DNA from: Guillardia theta CCMP2712
Taxonomy: Eukaryota > Protista > Cryptophyta
Direction of reading: 5' to 3'
Assembly (NCBI RefSeq): GCF_000315625.1
Contig: NW_005434623.1
Location: 410,768-465,095, forward strand
Length of the DNA stretch: 54,328 bases
Shown one piece after another: positions 52,271 through 54,328 of this stretch. Within the stretch, counting starts at the first letter, position 1, and each line of letters begins with the position of its first letter. The position numbers and the translations under genes were made by a program. The notes below the pieces were generated by a model. It was not told the DNA's origin. It saw only the letters and a program-made list of their open reading frames with translations, and did not search any database.

Positions 52271-54096
52271 TCACTTGCTTCCCATCTGGCTCTTCACCCT
52301 CGCAGGTTCGCAGAGCATCCTCGTAACGACGTGCTGGGGAAGCATCCTCCTCCAGATCTTGACCGTCATGCCTGCATGCCCCAAGCTCAGGGCGATGAGA
52401 GAGCGAGTGAGAGCGGCAGAGGAGAGGAGGAGGAGGAGGAAGGAGACAGGCCGGAGGCGGTTGAGTGCGGGGAGTAAGAACGAAGGGAGGGTTCGAGGAG
52501 GAAGGAGAAGTGTGGGGAAGGTTGGGGGCGGGGGAGGGGGGGGAGGTGAAGGTTGGAGCTCACTGGCGAAGTAAACGTGTCTTCCTGCTAGAGTGCCGAA
52601 AAAGCACAACAATGTGGCGTAGATGGGGGAGAGGACTGGGAAAAAGTCAGGTTCTCCTCGCCGGAGGAGGAGGAGGAGGAGGAGGAGGAGGAGGAGGAGC
52701 TGACTGAAGGAGGAGGAGGAGCCTGCTTATCCTCCTCATCCTCATCCTCAGCCTCATCTTCATCATCATCGTTATACCCTCTTCCCCATCCTCCTCTTAC
52801 ATGTCAAGGAGGCGATCCTGTAAGTCCAAGGTCCCTGTATGAGAGAACCATTCGGCTCCTTGGATGATGTTAGAGACAAGACGCAGGAGAGGGAGAGGGA
52901 GAAGGAGAAGGAGAGGGAACGAGGTCATGTTGTAGGAGGGGGGATCAAGAGGAGGAGCAAGAGGAGGAGCAAGAGGAGATTGCGAGGAAGTGCTGCGAGC
53001 ATGAAGAGTTAGCGGGAGGACTTTTGGGGGGGGAGGGGGAGGGGGAGGTTTGTGGGTTTTCGCACATTCAAAACTTTTCGCAGAGCCTGAGGAGAACAAG
53101 TCAGCGAAGGCGAGCGAAGGGAGCAGGCAAGACCGGTCTCATCACCACAAGTGAGCATGAACCGGTCACCTGCTGAGTTGTGAGAAGGGAGAGGAAGGCA
53201 AAGGAGGGATAGGAGGAGAAGAGAAACGATGAGAAGACGGGAAAAGCGGTACAAGAGAATGATGAAAGAAATGGGACGAGGAGAGAGGAAATGAGGTAGG
53301 GAAGGGGATAGCAAGAAGATGTTTAAAGGGTGAAGGAAGAAGACTAAGACAATTAGACAACAAGACAAGCGAAGGGGAAGGAAGGAAAAAGAGCAGGGAG
53401 GGAGCAGGGAGCAGGGAGCAGGGAGCAGGGAGCAGGGAGCAGGGAGCAGGGAGCAGGGAGCAGGGAGCAGGGAGCAGGGAGCAGGGAGCAGGGAGCAGGG
53501 AGCAGGGAGCAGGGAGCAGGGAGCAGGGAGCAGGGAGCAGGGAGCAGGGAGCAGGGAGCAGGGAGCAGGGAGCAGGGAGCAGGGAGCAGGGAGGAGCAGC
53601 AGCAGTTTTCTTCGTCCGTCACCGCAAACACGACGCAGCGGTACGCCATCTCCCTCCACCACTCGCTCGAGTATCTCCCATGCTGAGGACGCTGCCTCGT
53701 CGTCCATGCCCAGAACTTGCTGACGGCAGAGCCCTGGCTGTCTAGGGGGTAACAAGAATGAGGGGAGGAGAAGCGAGGGCAGAGAGCGGAGAGAAGAAGA
53801 GAGAAGGAGAGAGAAGGAGAGAGAAGAAGAGGGGTTGGAGGGGGTTTAATCAGGGTGCGCAAAGGGAGAGATGACAGGCAGAGGAGAGGGAGGAGGTTCT
53901 TACCTCTCATGCTCGTGAGGCACCTGCCAGTATCATGACTCGTCCTGCCTGTCTGCTCGAATCTCCTCCATCCCTCCAGCCGTTTGCCGCAGGTCCTCTC
54001 AAGATGCTTGCCCGAGCAGCGTCGGAGCAGGTCAAGGCGAGCAAACAGTCTCTGCATGCGATTCGCTTCCTCTTTCCTGCCATGAGCGTCAGGCAT
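52271..54096 (-). CDS. Small membrane protein, DUF6787-like; start uncertain
   Basis: Exons WWREMAYRCVVFA|VTGSCSLVVMRP, GSLIQGPWTYRIASL, SPIYATLLCFFGTLAGRHVYFA, MTVKIWRRMLP; family assignment from memory of the VFAITGS..P.Y..LL..G pattern. Confidence 0.55.
53395..53592. repeat. 7-bp tandem repeat (GAGCAGG)n, intronic
   Basis: Direct inspection, more than 25 copies. Confidence 0.9.
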
Positions 54097-54224
54097 GACG
54101 CGCGTTGACCTTCAAACATCCGTCATGTCCCCCCTCCTGGTTCCCATCCCCTCTTCTCTTCCGCATAAAATCCTTCTCCCCCACCCCTGCCCGCCCCTGC
54201 CCCACTCTCTGGAAGGTGTGGGAG

Positions 54225-54328
54225 AGGAGGAGGAGGACGAGGAGGACGAGGAGGACGAGGAGGACGAGGAGGACGAGGAGGACGAGGAGGACGAGGAGGA
54301 CGAGGAGGACGAGGAGGGAGGACGAGGA
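54225..54328. repeat. 9-bp tandem repeat (GAGGACGAG)n
   Basis: Direct inspection. Confidence 0.85.

Overview
Gene-dense eukaryotic nuclear DNA with many short (about 40-65 nt) GT-AG introns, introns filled with simple repeats, and CCGG-rich intergenic islands. The style, plus a signal+transit-peptide gene and an RWP-RK cluster, suggests an alga with a secondary plastid, probably a cryptophyte (inference). I read 12 intron-containing genes by hand: a GT23/FUT8-like fucosyltransferase, three RWP-RK paralogues, a Zn-finger/MORN protein, MTR4, a giant secreted fibre-like protein, a PDZ protein, BCAS2/SPF27, an HNH-like protein, a small PPxY membrane protein and a UVR/TolB-like protein. A DUF6787-like gene is a less certain 13th. 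The best candidate for an undescribed system is the 16.5-kb gene at 18712-35184. It encodes a signal peptide, about 13 tail-fibre-like LPDxSGTVxTTGN repeats with CUB, EF-hand, C-type lectin and discoidin-like domains between them, and a C-terminal peptidase-S74-type self-cleaving chaperone with an intact Ser-Lys dyad, interrupted by a spliceosomal intron. Second is the mosaic, inverted RWP-RK triplet. All domain calls come from motif recognition by eye; no searches were run.
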